Shown piece by piece: positions 41,416 through 54,677 of a DNA stretch of 64,000 bases. Source of the stretch: Octopus vulgaris (taxonomy: Eukaryota); NCBI GenBank assembly GCA_951406725.2, contig OX597826.1:2666001-2730000 (forward strand), written 5' to 3'. The notes under the pieces are model-generated. The model saw only the letters and a program-made list of their open reading frames with translations. It was not told the origin of the DNA and did not search any database. Position 1 is the first letter of the stretch, and the number at the start of each line of letters is the position of its first letter. The position numbers and the translations under genes were made by a program.

Positions 41416-42761
41416 TTACATACTTACACATACACACACACATATATATATATATGTATATATGTGAGCGATATAATTCAATTTACGTTACCTCTCCTAC
41501 GCATATTTATTAAGAAGATGCAGAAAAGAAAATACATTCTTCTCTCAGTTTTGACATACCCCACCTGAGAACTATTTGTGATTATATTATCTTAGTTCTG
41601 GCGAAATATGATACAAACGCTTCAGCCAGCGATTTTATTTTCTTCAGTTACATCACGCTGAGATAGCTGAGTGATTTAAAACGAAATACCCTAACTGACA
41701 CTCAACTTGATATCCGTGTAGAAAACAAAGAAAAATAATAGCAGATAACCTCAATTTACTGTATGCTAAACATATATTAAACGCAGTATTCTAAATGCAA
41801 ATCTATTAAAACTCTAATAGTCAACCGCGTTAATATCACGTTTCTTTAACGCAGGGCTTCAGCGCAGTTTGATGCTAGTTTACCCACTGTTTGTTGGCAC
41901 GGCGTTCGTAGCTAACCATGACATGTGAGTTTTACCGTTATAGGCCTGATTCCAGGAACCCCCTGTTGTGTTTATGTCATTGGGTTTACATCCATGCGAT
42001 CGTATGCTCTAATTCTAGACCGGGTAGCATGGTGTGTGTGCTTGGGAAGGTTCTTTATTTCATGCTACTCCAGTTTGCGCATTTGTAAAAAAATATTAAC
42101 CGAACTTTGGTGTAAATCTCCTCCGCATCTCGCTGAGAGAAACTCAATGATATGCGATGCTATAACCGTTAGGAAGTCTATGACTACCACATCGACAACT
42201 CAAAATAGTTGACAAATACGCAGTACCCATGTTCAATGTCATACACGCTTTCCATTGACACTTAAGCTGAAATTAACATCGTAATATCGAATGTAGTCAC
42301 GGGGAATCAATCAATTTATTCATTTCTAATAGAGATTATAGAAACACACAAATTCTACGTCCTGACGTCTGATCTTACAGAGAAGATATTTCCAAGACAG
42401 TGAATTACTCTCATAAAGAAGAGTCGGTTAAGTACAGAATGGCATACTTATTAAAATAAACTGAAAATACTTTCGAAGCAAATGTATTTATAATCTTATC
42501 TATGCGACAAATCATTGCCGTTAATGAAAATTAATCTCATAATGAGGAAATGAACAACAAAAAGAAAAAAAAGTGTTTCCCAAAAGTTCAATTAACCAAA
42601 ATTATTTCCGCAGGTTCTAGCCAAATTTTCGTCTGAGTACAAACAGACATAGTTATATGACGCACACACACGAAAACAATGCACGCGGCAATATGCGTTC
42701 GTTCGCATGCCTATGTACTTCTATGGCTGACTATACATTTTTGGCTGACTATATTTCTTTT

Positions 42762-42872
42762 ACAGTTCTATATTTAAGAGATGAGGAATTATGTAGAGTA
42801 TTTATGTTATTTACATTGGACGGATATTTGTCTTCCTCTTGTTTGTTGTTGACACGTTTAGGCTGAAGCAGC
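42762..42872 (-). mobile_element. Truncated family H1 copy (tail plus half of the hammerhead)
   Basis: agttctatatttaagagatgaggaatta...ggatatttgtc...tgtttgttgtt..acgtttaggctg matches 5301-5397. Confidence 0.75.
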
Positions 42873-44729
42873 CAAATATTTGATTGATAGAATGAGTGAA
42901 GGATGCACCCGTATTAGACTGGTACTGATTTTCCTACACGGAGGACTGGAGCCACGTTAAATGAAATATCTTGCCCAAGGCTACAAGTGAGTTACCCTAC
43001 AACCCAAAGTTTGAGAAATACTCTCGTTAAACACGATGCGTCTTTTACGATCGCATTTTGAGGCCTCTTCAGCAAGAGCCTATCATTATAACATCAAGAA
43101 TTGAGATGAAAATAGAATGGTATTACAAAAGACCCTTATTCGGAAGATAGCTCAGACTTCACTGTCATATTATTTCAGTTTGAGAAGTCTGTTGAATATA
43201 CATGCCTTTGGAATGTCAAACCACTAATCCGCTAGTTTCTTGGAACATGCATTTCAGTAGATCGAACCTCTGAACATACATCGGCGAAATCGACAGAAAT
43301 CAATTTACAAAATCAGGGAAGGAAATGAATCTAGTGGTCAAAATACCGCTTTTAGAGTCCAACATTAACAGTCCATAACTGAGGGTGATAAATAAAATGC
43401 TCAGCTTTTATTCTTTCGGCTCTTTACGTAAAGGTATATTTCACCTTTCATCTTTTCGGCATCGACAAAAAAGAAAGTACTCTGGGTGTATATAATCAAC
43501 AAATACCAATAGACTTCCCATCAAATGTCTAACACAGCTAAAATTTGAAACGATTTATATTGCAAGGTTCTGAAGAGATAATGAGGTTGGCTCTATTCTA
43601 AACTCTATGCGCTCGATCTGCTAGATAATGCAGTTCAATAACACTGTCGTAAAATATAAACAGAAGTAAAACGTCGATTATATAGCCCTAGACACATACG
43701 AACCCAAAAAGCTGAAGAAAAGTTGGTAAACAACTAACAATTATTTAGTTGCAGGCCTGCGGTATCAGGAACAATTTGAACACGTGAACACCTGAACAGT
43801 ATAGAAACTTTTAGCTATTTCAAATACTTTGTATTGTAAATAACGAATAAGAACATGTATTTATCTATATGAATACATTTATTATTTATCTATATGTCTA
43901 TATAATGTCGATTCTATTGATGAAATATCACGTGGTGGCTGTTGTTGCTTAGATACAAATCAGTTCTTGCGGTGCAGAACTCACTCACCTCCAGTGGTCG
44001 ATAAAGTCTATGGACATCGACGACCCGGCACTTAAATGAAGAATGCAGTCAAGCGTGGGGCGAGAGAAATGCCATTGCTCGCGTCGATACAACATCTGTT
44101 TGCCTTTGCACGGGAGGAGGCTATGGATATAACAATATTCCGTTGGCATATTCGTTCATGCATGTTGCTCCAACTTTTGTAAACCAAGGATACACTGCTT
44201 ATGATTTCATTGCACTCGCTTTAGCTGGAGGCAATTTATGATGGCGCGTAACATGTTAAGAAAAGACAAATCTCGAAGCACCGTTCCCACCTATTCGTCA
44301 CGGATAATTCAGATAAAGCGGCAATAAGCGGTTAAGCGGTTTGCATATAAGACTAAAAGCAATAGTTGCTAGAAACATTGCAAATTTTGAAAAAAAGAAC
44401 CTCTGATGGTCAAGCACCCTATATTTCTTCCGCAGGTTTTATTTTTAATCCTCTTTTTGCTCTGGGTCTCACATGTGTAAGAACATTTGAGCCTTAGTTG
44501 AAAATCTAAATATCCTCTGCGTTTCACAGCGTTAATTGCAAGACTGTAGGATTTCGAATTTGTGGTTCCCTGTCGCCCCGAGTTATTTTCTAACCAGAAT
44601 CTTTGTGTTTTCTATCACTCCCGTTAGTCAGACAGCGCGCACAGTTACCTCATTCTCAAATCTCTGTGTAGGCCTAACAGCAGTCATCGTGCAGTCTTAA
44701 TTTCTAGTGCACCGTAGGATAGTTTTATA

Positions 44730-44905
44730 TAGGGGTAGAATTCACAAAAAAAAAAGACGACGACAGGCGGTGTAGACAACAAACAGATGCATTAGTATAA
44801 CGCTGGGGAAGTGAAACAGTCTTTAACGTTTAGAGCCTGCGCTGATCCACGGAAAGGAACACAGGAAGAAACAAGGAGAGAAAATAAAGAATGTGTAGTT
44901 GCTAG
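44730..44905 (-). mobile_element. Family H3 repeat
   Basis: agaattcacaaaa...ggtgtagacaacaaacagatgcattag...gtctttaacgtttagagcctgcgc. Homologous to 55520-55715. Confidence 0.7.
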
Positions 44906-45721
44906 CGAACACTTCAGCTGCACCTCTCCTGCCTATGGACTACACTGGACTCTTCTGTTGATAGCTTTATGTAACCCGTCATTTTTATAGGTTGGCATTT
45001 GATTGAGATATGGGCGTTTATCTAGCATGAAGGGCAACCGAATGGCTATTGTGCTGTAAATCAAAGAAAAATGAAACTCCTCTGTTGTCACTTAAGTAAT
45101 AAAAAATTGGATAAGCCTTGGATCAAATGTATTCCATCAAGCACATTTTATCATGTTTCTGTGGAGGATTAACTACCATCTCTAGCAGGCAACGTAGAGG
45201 TTCCCGCGTTGGCTCATGTGTATTATATGGTATATTGCGTGTATGAATATGTGTGTTACATATTAGTATCTCTATTATGCTCCAGCCAAAGAAGAATCAA
45301 TCTCTCTGAACTTCCGTTCACCCAATCCAGGATAACGATTATTTACTATCTCCTAAACAAAACAAATATAAAAATCACAATAAAAGCAAAAACAAAATTG
45401 ATCTTGCTCGTACATGTTTCAAATAAAACAATGTGAAATATAACGACAATGAAAACTGTATTTTGCAATTGGGAAATAGCTGAACGAACTATACAGCGTC
45501 GTTTGTTGATATATATGGATGTCATAAAAGAGCTGTATCTTAATCGCTTCAACGGATCTCAAGACCATTCAGATAAATTTCTCGTCATGGTGGTTAATCT
45601 ATATAAATTTACTTCTATACTGCGTTCACGATAATACTGCGTCGAAACACGCCACTATGCTACGCCACGCGGTCGATAATGATTATTGCATTTTGTATGT
45701 GTTTATGTATGTATGTATGTA

Positions 45722-45762
<41 letters not shown>

Positions 45763-45801
45763 GCATATATAAAAATATGTATGTATACATATATGCATGT
45801 A

Positions 45802-45857
<56 letters not shown>

Positions 45858-46065
45858 CATGCATATTTAAAAATATGTATGTATATATGTATATAAATAT
45901 ATATATATGCATGTATATATGTATGTATATATATATATATATATATAAAAATATGTATGTATATATACATATACACATATATATATATTTCATTCTTTCT
46001 CTTAATCTTGTTCCTTGTCTTTCATCTTCATCAATATTCTACTTATTCATCAGTATCTTCATACG

Positions 46066-46096
<31 letters not shown>

Positions 46097-47011
46097 TTCA
46101 CCATCATCGTCATCGCCGTCGACGTCGTCGTCATCATCATCATCACCAACTTCAGCTCCTCAATTGGGAAATAGCTGAACGAACTATACAGCGTCGTTTG
46201 TTGATATATATGGATGTCATAAAAGAGCTGTATCTGATAACTATCGTCACGAGCAGTATCATAAGCATCATCAATTCCATTTTTCTCATGTCCATAACCA
46301 TCACCACACATCCTCCGCCTCCTCCTCCTCCTTATCATCATCACCATCCTCATCATCACCATTATTATTTTCATCGTCACTGTCAATGTGAACGTATTTT
46401 TGATTATTATCTTTTCGCCACAATTACTTTACCCACTACTACTACTACTACTAGTAGTAGTAGTAGTAGTAGTAGTAGTAGCAGCAGTAACATTAAAGTA
46501 GCCTTGATGTTATGTCACCATTAACCACCAAAAATAAATAATTAATTACGTAATAAATTGGAAATAATGAATCAAATTAAATTACACTAATCAATCTAAT
46601 ATATGAAGCTAATATATTTGTGCCTTTGACAAATATTATTCTATAATATTCTCATCTGTGATTGTATTTTTCTATGATATATTTTTCTACACGTTAATTT
46701 CGTATCGTATATTTTTTCACTAATAGTTTCTATACAAATAAACACTACGACTTTTATTTTCCTATGACAAATATGTCGTATGTTATACCTAGCTATCAGT
46801 TTTGGGTTGTCTCAGCCTGAAGTCTATCAATGAAGTCTATCTACGGTGATTGCTGAACAGAGTAGCAAGCATGGCCACCCTGTTTGCTCATGTCGTGTAT
46901 GTCAATGTACTTTAAGTAGATTTTTTTTCTTTTCCTCTCTATACTTCGCCCACACTGTTTCTATCTCTTTGAATATGTTTTGCTAATTATATAATTTTTG
47001 TTCGGTATCTA

Positions 47012-47399
47012 TATTCTTTTCTATTCTAGGCACAAGTCCCGAAATTTCTGGGAAGAGAGGGGTCAGTCGATTGGATCAACTCCAGTACGCAACTGGTACT
47101 AAACTTATCCATCCCATATGGACGAAAGGCAAAGTCGACCTCGGCGGAATTTGAACTCAGAAGGTAAAGACACAAAATACCTATTTCTTTACTACCCAGA
47201 AAGGACACACGAGGACAGACAAACGGATTAAGTCGATTATATCGACCGCAGTGCGTAACTGGTACTTAATTTATCGACCTCGAAAGTATGAAAGGCAAAG
47301 TCGACCTCGGTGGAATGTGAACTCAGAACGTAACTGCAGACGAAATACGGCTACGCATTTCGCCCGCCGTGCTAACGTTTCTGCCATCTCGTCGCCTTA
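47012..47399 (-). mobile_element. SINE family B dimer-like copy
   Basis: Two tandem family B units, with the same architecture as 58250-58642. Confidence 0.85.
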
Positions 47400-48120
47400 T
47401 GCAGAATCTGTATTATAACCAGACTAATGGAATTCTAATAATGGATTAATCTGAGGATTTTTATACCTCTGGATGATTAAAACCAGTAAAGCACTGTTAC
47501 AGAATTTTTTCACTAATAGTTTCTATACAAATAAACACTACGACTTTTTTTCTACAGAAATTCTTATAAAACTTAATTGAATGTATAATCATTTCCGATC
47601 TGTGAGCATTTTGGCTTTCTTTCTCAGACTGTAAGAGAAGATGGTGGGTAAGGGCGGTTTAAGGGAATTGCTAGAAATTCTTTTAAAATGACTTGTGTCC
47701 TCTATTCTTGCGGATCATTCTGGGCATCTCCTGTAAGGGATGATGGTCGATTATAGCGAATGTATTACTGATTACAGTTTGGCTCACTTTTTAGCATTTA
47801 TTGCTCGTCGAAGTTGTGTGGATTTATAGAGGCAAACGGTTGCGCATTTGAGCAGTATTAGAAGCACCATATACAAGATAAGCACGGTCGCACAGCGCGT
47901 GTGTATACATACAAACATACATATATACATATACACACACATACATATATACATTCACACACATATATGTGTGTGTGTGTGTACATGCACACACATATAT
48001 TCATGTGTGCATCTGGCTGCGTGTGTGTGCACGCATGTACAGACGCCTGCACACACACACACATACACACTTATATGCAAATATATATATGGATACACAC
48101 ACATATATATGTATGTATAT

Positions 48121-48370
48121 GTGGAGGCGCGTAGCTTAGTGGTTACGGTGTTGAACCCATGATCTTAAGGTTGTAGTTTCGATTCCTAGACCTGGCGATG
48201 CGTTTTTGATCTTGAGCAAAACACTTCATTTTCACGTTGCTCCAGTCCACACTCTGCTGGCAAAAGTGAGTAATCCTGCGACGGACCGGCGTCCCATCCA
48301 GATGGGGGAATTTCTACACCACTTAAACCAGTAAAACGGCTCTTATGAGCCTGGCATTGCTCGAGAAGGA
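48121..48370 (+). mobile_element. SINE family C copy
   Basis: gtggaggcgcgtagcttagtggttacgg...gtttcgattcc...cttgagcaaaacacttc...cctgcgacggaccggcgtcccatccag. Confidence 0.85.
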
Positions 48371-48909
48371 GCGTCCATTTTTATGTATGTATATATAAAA
48401 ATATATTGCATATACGTATATATCAGAATGTCTTGTATATTTATATCTGTATATACAAGTACGAATCACTGCTCTAAAATTTCCAAGTCCAAAAGATTGT
48501 GAAACCCCACGGTGCTTTGTTAGACCAAATACTCGCCCACCGTTCACACTATGGTGGCGAACCCAGCGAACCATTTTACAAACAGAATCTGTTAACCATA
48601 AGGTAATGCAGAACTGAATTACATAAAGCTTTCTACGTTTAGAACTGCTTTTCAATAGAAGTCAATGTCACATTTTGATCATTCCGTATATCATATTAAT
48701 GTAACAGATATAGAAAGCGTTGGCTTCGATTTAATCCTCGTCTAATTAGGAACCATGTCTTGATGTTAGAAAAGAGTTTGTTAAGAAACCTTAGTAAGGT
48801 CCACATTCTGCATTTGCTTCATTTAAGTATACCTCGAACATCTCTTGAGGATATCGGAGGTAATGAAGGTTAATGACAAATAATTGACACAACTACGTAC
48901 AAGATCGTA

Positions 48910-48963
<54 letters not shown>

Positions 48964-49014
48964 AAAAACAAGTCAAAAATAGAAAATGCTAAAATAATTT
49001 TATAGTGAACATTT

Positions 49015-49052
49015 CAGTACCGGTTTCGGTCATTTTGAGACCTTTTCAACTG
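49015..49052 (-). ncRNA. Minimal hammerhead motif in the left inverted PLE arm
   Basis: Exact reverse complement of 51623-51660. Confidence 0.65.
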
Positions 49053-49968
49053 TAACGATTAAATAATTAAATTTAGAAAAATTAGAAGAAAAGTTTTTTT
49101 AAAAGAATATTTCTATAGTAGTGTTCAGATTTAAGTGGCATTCTGCCTTTCTCTGACTCCCTTGTTTGCACTTGTGTGTTGGAGGTCGTTGTGAGTTCTT
49201 GGTAGGGTAGTAGAGGAAGAAGGCTGGTGAGGAAAGGGGGTGGGAGAATTTGGGAGTGCCCTGATGGTCGTATTTTGAATGGGCAGTGGCGGCTGGCAGT
49301 CTCAGTTCAATTCAGGAGAATATTTATATTGACAGGCTTGTTTATAGAATTAGCGTAGGTGTTATACTAAAAAACATTAGTGACAAAGTTAAGGGGTAGG
49401 GGGTGGAGAAGTAGAAGAAGAAGAAGAAGAAGAAGAAGGAGAAGGAGAAGGAGAAGGAGAAGAAGATGACGATGATGGTGATGGTGGTGATGATTATGAC
49501 GACGATGATGATGATGATGATGATGAAGAAGAAGAAGAAGAAGGAGGAGAAGGAGAATATGGTTGTGATGATGGTGGTGATGATGATGACGACGATGATG
49601 ATGATAATGATGATGATGAAGAAGAAGAGGAAGAAGAAGAAGAAAAAAAAAACAGAGAAGGGAGAATATGAATGGGTGTAAGTATAGCTATGAAGGGGCT
49701 GATTAATAATGGATTCTATGGAGTGTAATATTTGTGTGTGTATATATATTTTTCTTTTATTCTAAAGTTGAGGTATATTAATTGTTTGTCGTAGACCCGT
49801 TAAGAAGTGGCTTGTATTTTGTAATAAAGAGATTTTCTTTACTTATTCGTTGTCTCGAGGTTGTATCGTCCCTAAATTGGTAGAGGGGGAAAATTCTGAA
49901 GTTTGGTGTTTTTTTGTTGGCGCAAGTATCTATGTGTTGGCTAAAAGCTATTTTTCTGTTTTGGGGAA

Positions 49969-50830
49969 AGCTAATAATATAATAGAAACAGACATATACA
50001 TATACTATAAGCCTACAGACTCTAAGCAATATCTTCCATTCAATTCATGCCACCCCAGACACACCAGGATGAATATCCCCTTCAATCTAGCAAAAAGGAT
50101 ATGCACTATAGTCTCTAACGCAAACACCAGAGACACACGACTACAAGAACTAAAAGATACCCTAATCACCAGGAACTATCCACCTTCACTTATTGACAAG
50201 TGCATTCAACGTGCCCTTCAACTTAACATCAAGGAACTGAGACATCCCAAATCAAAGAAAAACTTACAACCAAAAGCCTTACCATACATCTCCACACACA
50301 ACCCTCTCAATAACGAAGCCTTCGACACCATCCTCCACAACATACCCCTCCTAAAAAAAGACCACAGAATGAACACAATCCTCCAAACACACACGATCAT
50401 AAAAAGCAAAAGACAGCCTAGATCCATGAAAAGTCTCCTTACACAAGCCCGAATTCACTCTTCAACACAGAAGCCGACAGTAAAAAAATGTGGAAGACCC
50501 AATTGCGGGATATGCGACTATCTAATTGAGGGATCAGAGTTCTCTTTCAAACAGGGACAACGATTTACAGTGAAAAGCAACTTCACATGTGCTTCGGAGA
50601 ACCTAATATACTCACTAACCTGCTCCGGGTGTCAAGAGCAGTACATAGGCCAAACAAAAAATGGTTTGCGTAAACGAATGGCCCTGCACAGATCCCAGAT
50701 AAAAATTCCCCAAAACAGAAAAATAGCTTTTAGCCAACACATAGATACTTGCGCCAACAAAAAAACACCAAACTTCAGAATTTTCCCCCTCTACCAATTT
50801 AGATACAACCTCGAGACAACGAATAAGTAA
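49969..50830 (+). pseudogene. PLE ORF fragment: RT C-terminus/thumb, Cys-rich linker, GIY-YIG endonuclease
   Basis: YYKPTDSKQYLPFNSCHPRH, RNYP, LPYISTHNP, CGRPNCGIC, FTCASENLIYSLTCSGCQEQYIGQT and LRKRMALHRSQI. The listed ORF start (49850) lies in the inverted arm and is not a real start. Confidence 0.9.
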
Positions 50831-51622
50831 AGAAAATCTCTTTATTACAAAATACAAGCGCGAATTCACTCTTCAACACAGAAGCCGACAGTAAAAAAAT
50901 GTGGAAGACCCAATTGCGGGATATGCGACTCCATTACTAATCAGCCCCTTCATAGCTATACTTACACCCATTCATATTCTCCCTTCTCTGTTTTTTTCTT
51001 CTTCTTCTTCTTCCTCTTCTTCTTCATCATCATCATTATCATCATCATCGTCGTCATCATCATCACCACCATCATCACCACCATCTTCTCCTTCTCTTCT
51101 CCTTCTTCTTCTTCTTCTTCTTCTTCTTCATCATCATCATCGTCGTCATAATCATCACCACCATCACCATCATCGTCATCTTCTCCTTCTCCTTCTCCTT
51201 CTCCTTCTCCTTCTCCTTCTCCTTCTCCTTCTCCTTCTTCTTCTTCTTCTTCTTCTTCTTCTACTTCTCCACCCCCTACCCCTTAACTTTGTCACTAATG
51301 TTTTTTAGTATAACACCTACGCTAATTCTATAAACAAGCCTGTCAATATAAATATTCTCCTGAATTGAACTGAGACTGCCAGCCGCCACTGACCATTCAA
51401 AATACGACCATCAGGGCACTCCCAAATTCTCCCACCCCCTTTCCTCACCAGCCTTCTTCCTCTACTACCCTACCAAGAACTCACAACGACCTCCAACACA
51501 CAAGTGCAAACAAGGGAGTCAGAGAAAGGCAGAATGCCACTTAAATCTGAACACTACTATAGAAATATTCTTTTAAAAAAACTTTTCTTCTAATTTTTCT
51601 AAATTTAATTATTTAATCGTTA

Positions 51623-51660
51623 CAGTTGAAAAGGTCTCAAAATGACCGAAACCGGTACTG
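51623..51660 (+). ncRNA. Minimal type I hammerhead motif with U3-A8 covariation in the PLE 3' pseudo-LTR
   Basis: CAG-UUGAAAA-GGUC(UCAAAAU)GACC-GAAACCG-GUA-CUG. Confidence 0.65.
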
Positions 51661-51839
51661 AAATGTTCACTATAAAATTATTTTAGCATTTTCTATTTTT
51701 GACTTGTTTTTTCTCATATATATATCAACTCGTGTGTTCCTTTTCACCCTTATATATATATATATATATATATTGGTAAAAACGGTAAGATAACAAAAGA
51801 AAGAAAGAGACCTCAATATTATGTAAATAGAGGAAATTT

Positions 51840-51925
51840 ATCTGTAAAATAATATGTGACAATTATTCGGTAGCCAGGATAAAACTCTGAGTTTTATCTT
51901 GGATACCGAATATTATTTTACAGAT
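51840..51925. repeat. Fold-back inverted repeat
   Basis: atctgtaaaataatat..tattcggtagccaggataaaactc / gagttttatcttggataccgaatattattttacagat. Confidence 0.8.
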
Positions 51926-51926
51926 A

Positions 51927-51995
<69 letters not shown>

Positions 51996-52297
51996 GCCCC
52001 CTGTCATATAGGCACACACACCTACTTGCATAGGTCATTGTCCATACGTGGACAAATATTAAGACACAAACCAATTTACATATACATTTCTATTAAACTG
52101 GCTATTCATTTTTCATTGTTGAGCGTTACACACTCAACTGGATTTTCTGAGGCGACGATCAAAATGAAAATTTCTGTCGTTAGTTGAAACATTGAACATA
52201 ATGACAATTCATAAAAAACAATAGCAACTGAGAGAGTCATTAGTTTTGCAAGCATAAATATACACATGACCTCTATAGTATGTTTACTGTCTCTCTG

Positions 52298-52338
<41 letters not shown>

Positions 52339-52343
52339 TTATA

Positions 52344-52388
<45 letters not shown>

Positions 52389-52480
52389 CGAAATAAGGTA
52401 CTCTAGTTGATTCTTCAATCTGAAGAATCCACTAGAGTGGATGCAATGCGTGCTAATGTTTCTGCCAGCTCGCCGCCTTA

Positions 52481-52563
<83 letters not shown>

Positions 52564-53494
52564 CACTCACACACGCATACACGTTCGAAAAAATATATAA
52601 GATAAGTAAAATTAACGTCAGCAGACACAGTTTTGCTTTGGATGCAGGCAATTAAATTCCGGTGCAATGAAGCTGTGGTTCGAGGAAGTTTTTATCACCA
52701 TTTTTTGTACCAAATGACATGAACTGATTATAGCCCTAATTATTTCTTAGTTGTAGATGTAAAAACGTTAACAAAGTTCATCAGAGTGTTTTCATTTAGT
52801 GTAAAGTATGTCTTAATTAAAAACCTACGCTTTTCTACTCTCTTAGTAACATGTTCCAATTAGAACACCTTTAAAAAATTTGCACTCCAAAATACTTTGC
52901 TTCTTGGAAGTGTAATTATAATCAAATTAACCTATGAGACAAAGTATGAGGCGGCTATCCTGTAGATTGACAGAGTACAAAATGACTGTAGGATATCCTT
53001 TTTCGACGGGAACAGAGTCTCGGGTGTACAAGCTTAAATAATGATTTCAAATTTTGGCACAAGGCCCGCCATTTTCACAGATGGGTTTCGTCGATTATGT
53101 CGACTGGTAATTAATTTATCGATCCGGAATGAGGAAAAGCAATGTCATCCTCGGTGGAATTTGATCACAAAACGTGAAGACGGACGAAATGCTAAGCAAT
53201 TTGCCCGGCGAGCCAATGATTCTGTCAGCTCCTCACCTTATATACAAACGGAAATGATAATTATACATTTTCTTGAAGGTAGGCCAACTTGCTGGAGCGA
53301 AAGCGCGCTTACTATTGCAATAACACCAGATACTTTTAAAGGTTGTTTAAAATATTCCTTTACTGTTTCTATTTCAACAGATTTCATTCAAGAACAAATA
53401 TGTCTGTCTGATGTCTTAGTTTCTAATACATAGTAATGGAACAAAGACAATTAGACATCCTTATGTGCAACAATAAAATAAAAATTAAATGCAT

Positions 53495-53736
53495 CCTTTT
53501 AAAGCATAGCCAGGCTCATGGGCTCGGTTTCCCGGTTTCAATGGCGTATGTGTTCCGCAGCTGGACGGGACGCCAGTCCATCGCAGCGTTACTCATTTTT
53601 GCCAGCTGAGTGGACTGGAGCAACGTGAAATGAAGTGTTTTGCTCAAGAAAACAACGCGTCGCCCGGTCCAGGAATGGAAACCACAATCTTACGATCATG
53701 ATGATGACACCCTAACCACTAAGCCACACACCTCCA
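53495..53736 (-). mobile_element. SINE family C copy
   Basis: Reverse complement of the 48121 type, with tgcaacaata on both flanks as a possible TSD. Confidence 0.85.
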
Positions 53737-54643
53737 CATATGCAACAATACAGAGAAAAATATCATCTACTCCAAATCTAATTCCAATATATTGTTCTAT
53801 TCTACATGATTTTCCTCTAATGCATGAATTTAAGTTCCTTTTCCATTAAACGGGCAGATGACAAAATTTGCTATCGTACAAACGTCGGTCTTTTTGAATC
53901 TTTGTTGCTAGTATCTAGAATTCAAAAGAACATATAACTAAATATGGCAATCCACCATTCAAATTCAAACTTCAGTTCCTTCTGATGGATAGGACCTAAA
54001 GAATAATTTAATAATATTTCCATTTTAAAAATCATTTTATTTCGCGTAAGTGAAACATTCCACGGGTTCAAAGATATGCACTTGCAATTCGCTCCCGTTA
54101 ACAACACGAATTTGCTATTTACAAAATGGACGAATAAAATCACGACAAACCGTTAATATTAACAGCTTTTAAAATTTTGATTCGCTGTATAACATAACTG
54201 ACAATAAAAGAACATAAATATCGGGTTGCTTTTGAAATAACTTATAAATGAATGGATAGGAGTAAGATTAGTGAGATTTGATTGCAGAGAAAAGTTACTA
54301 CGAAAGATCCGCAACTATAACAATGTTCAAACATGAAGCGGAGTAACATTGCGAATGTATTGTATTAGATTTCTACAAATGAACGAATGTGACCCCAGAT
54401 CCCCTGCTGAAATGCATATAAACATTTCCATTCTAATAAATACTATTTTGAAGTCAAATCAATCTTGAAACAAGTAGTATAGCTAAGAAGGAATAACGAA
54501 ATATGGTTAATAATAATAATATGCTTTTATTCACATTCTCAATTGCGAAAACACTCAAACATACATACATGCATACATGCATATATATATATATATGTAT
54601 ATATATATGTATATATATATATATATATGCATATATATATAAG

Positions 54644-54677
<34 letters not shown>

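Larger units (their letters stand above)
48957..51720 (+). mobile_element. Penelope-like retroelement (Neptune-like): 5'-truncated copy fused head-to-head to an inverted copy of its 3' end
   Basis: 48957-49714 is the reverse complement of 50931-51720, and 49810-49968 is the reverse complement of ~50706-50858. There is an internal PLE ORF, and both outer ends lie in (TA)n. Confidence 0.92.

Noticed and set aside
49850-49968. N-terminus of the 326-aa ORF as a real start or signal peptide
   Set aside because: It is the antisense of the PLE C-terminal coding sequence in the inverted arm.
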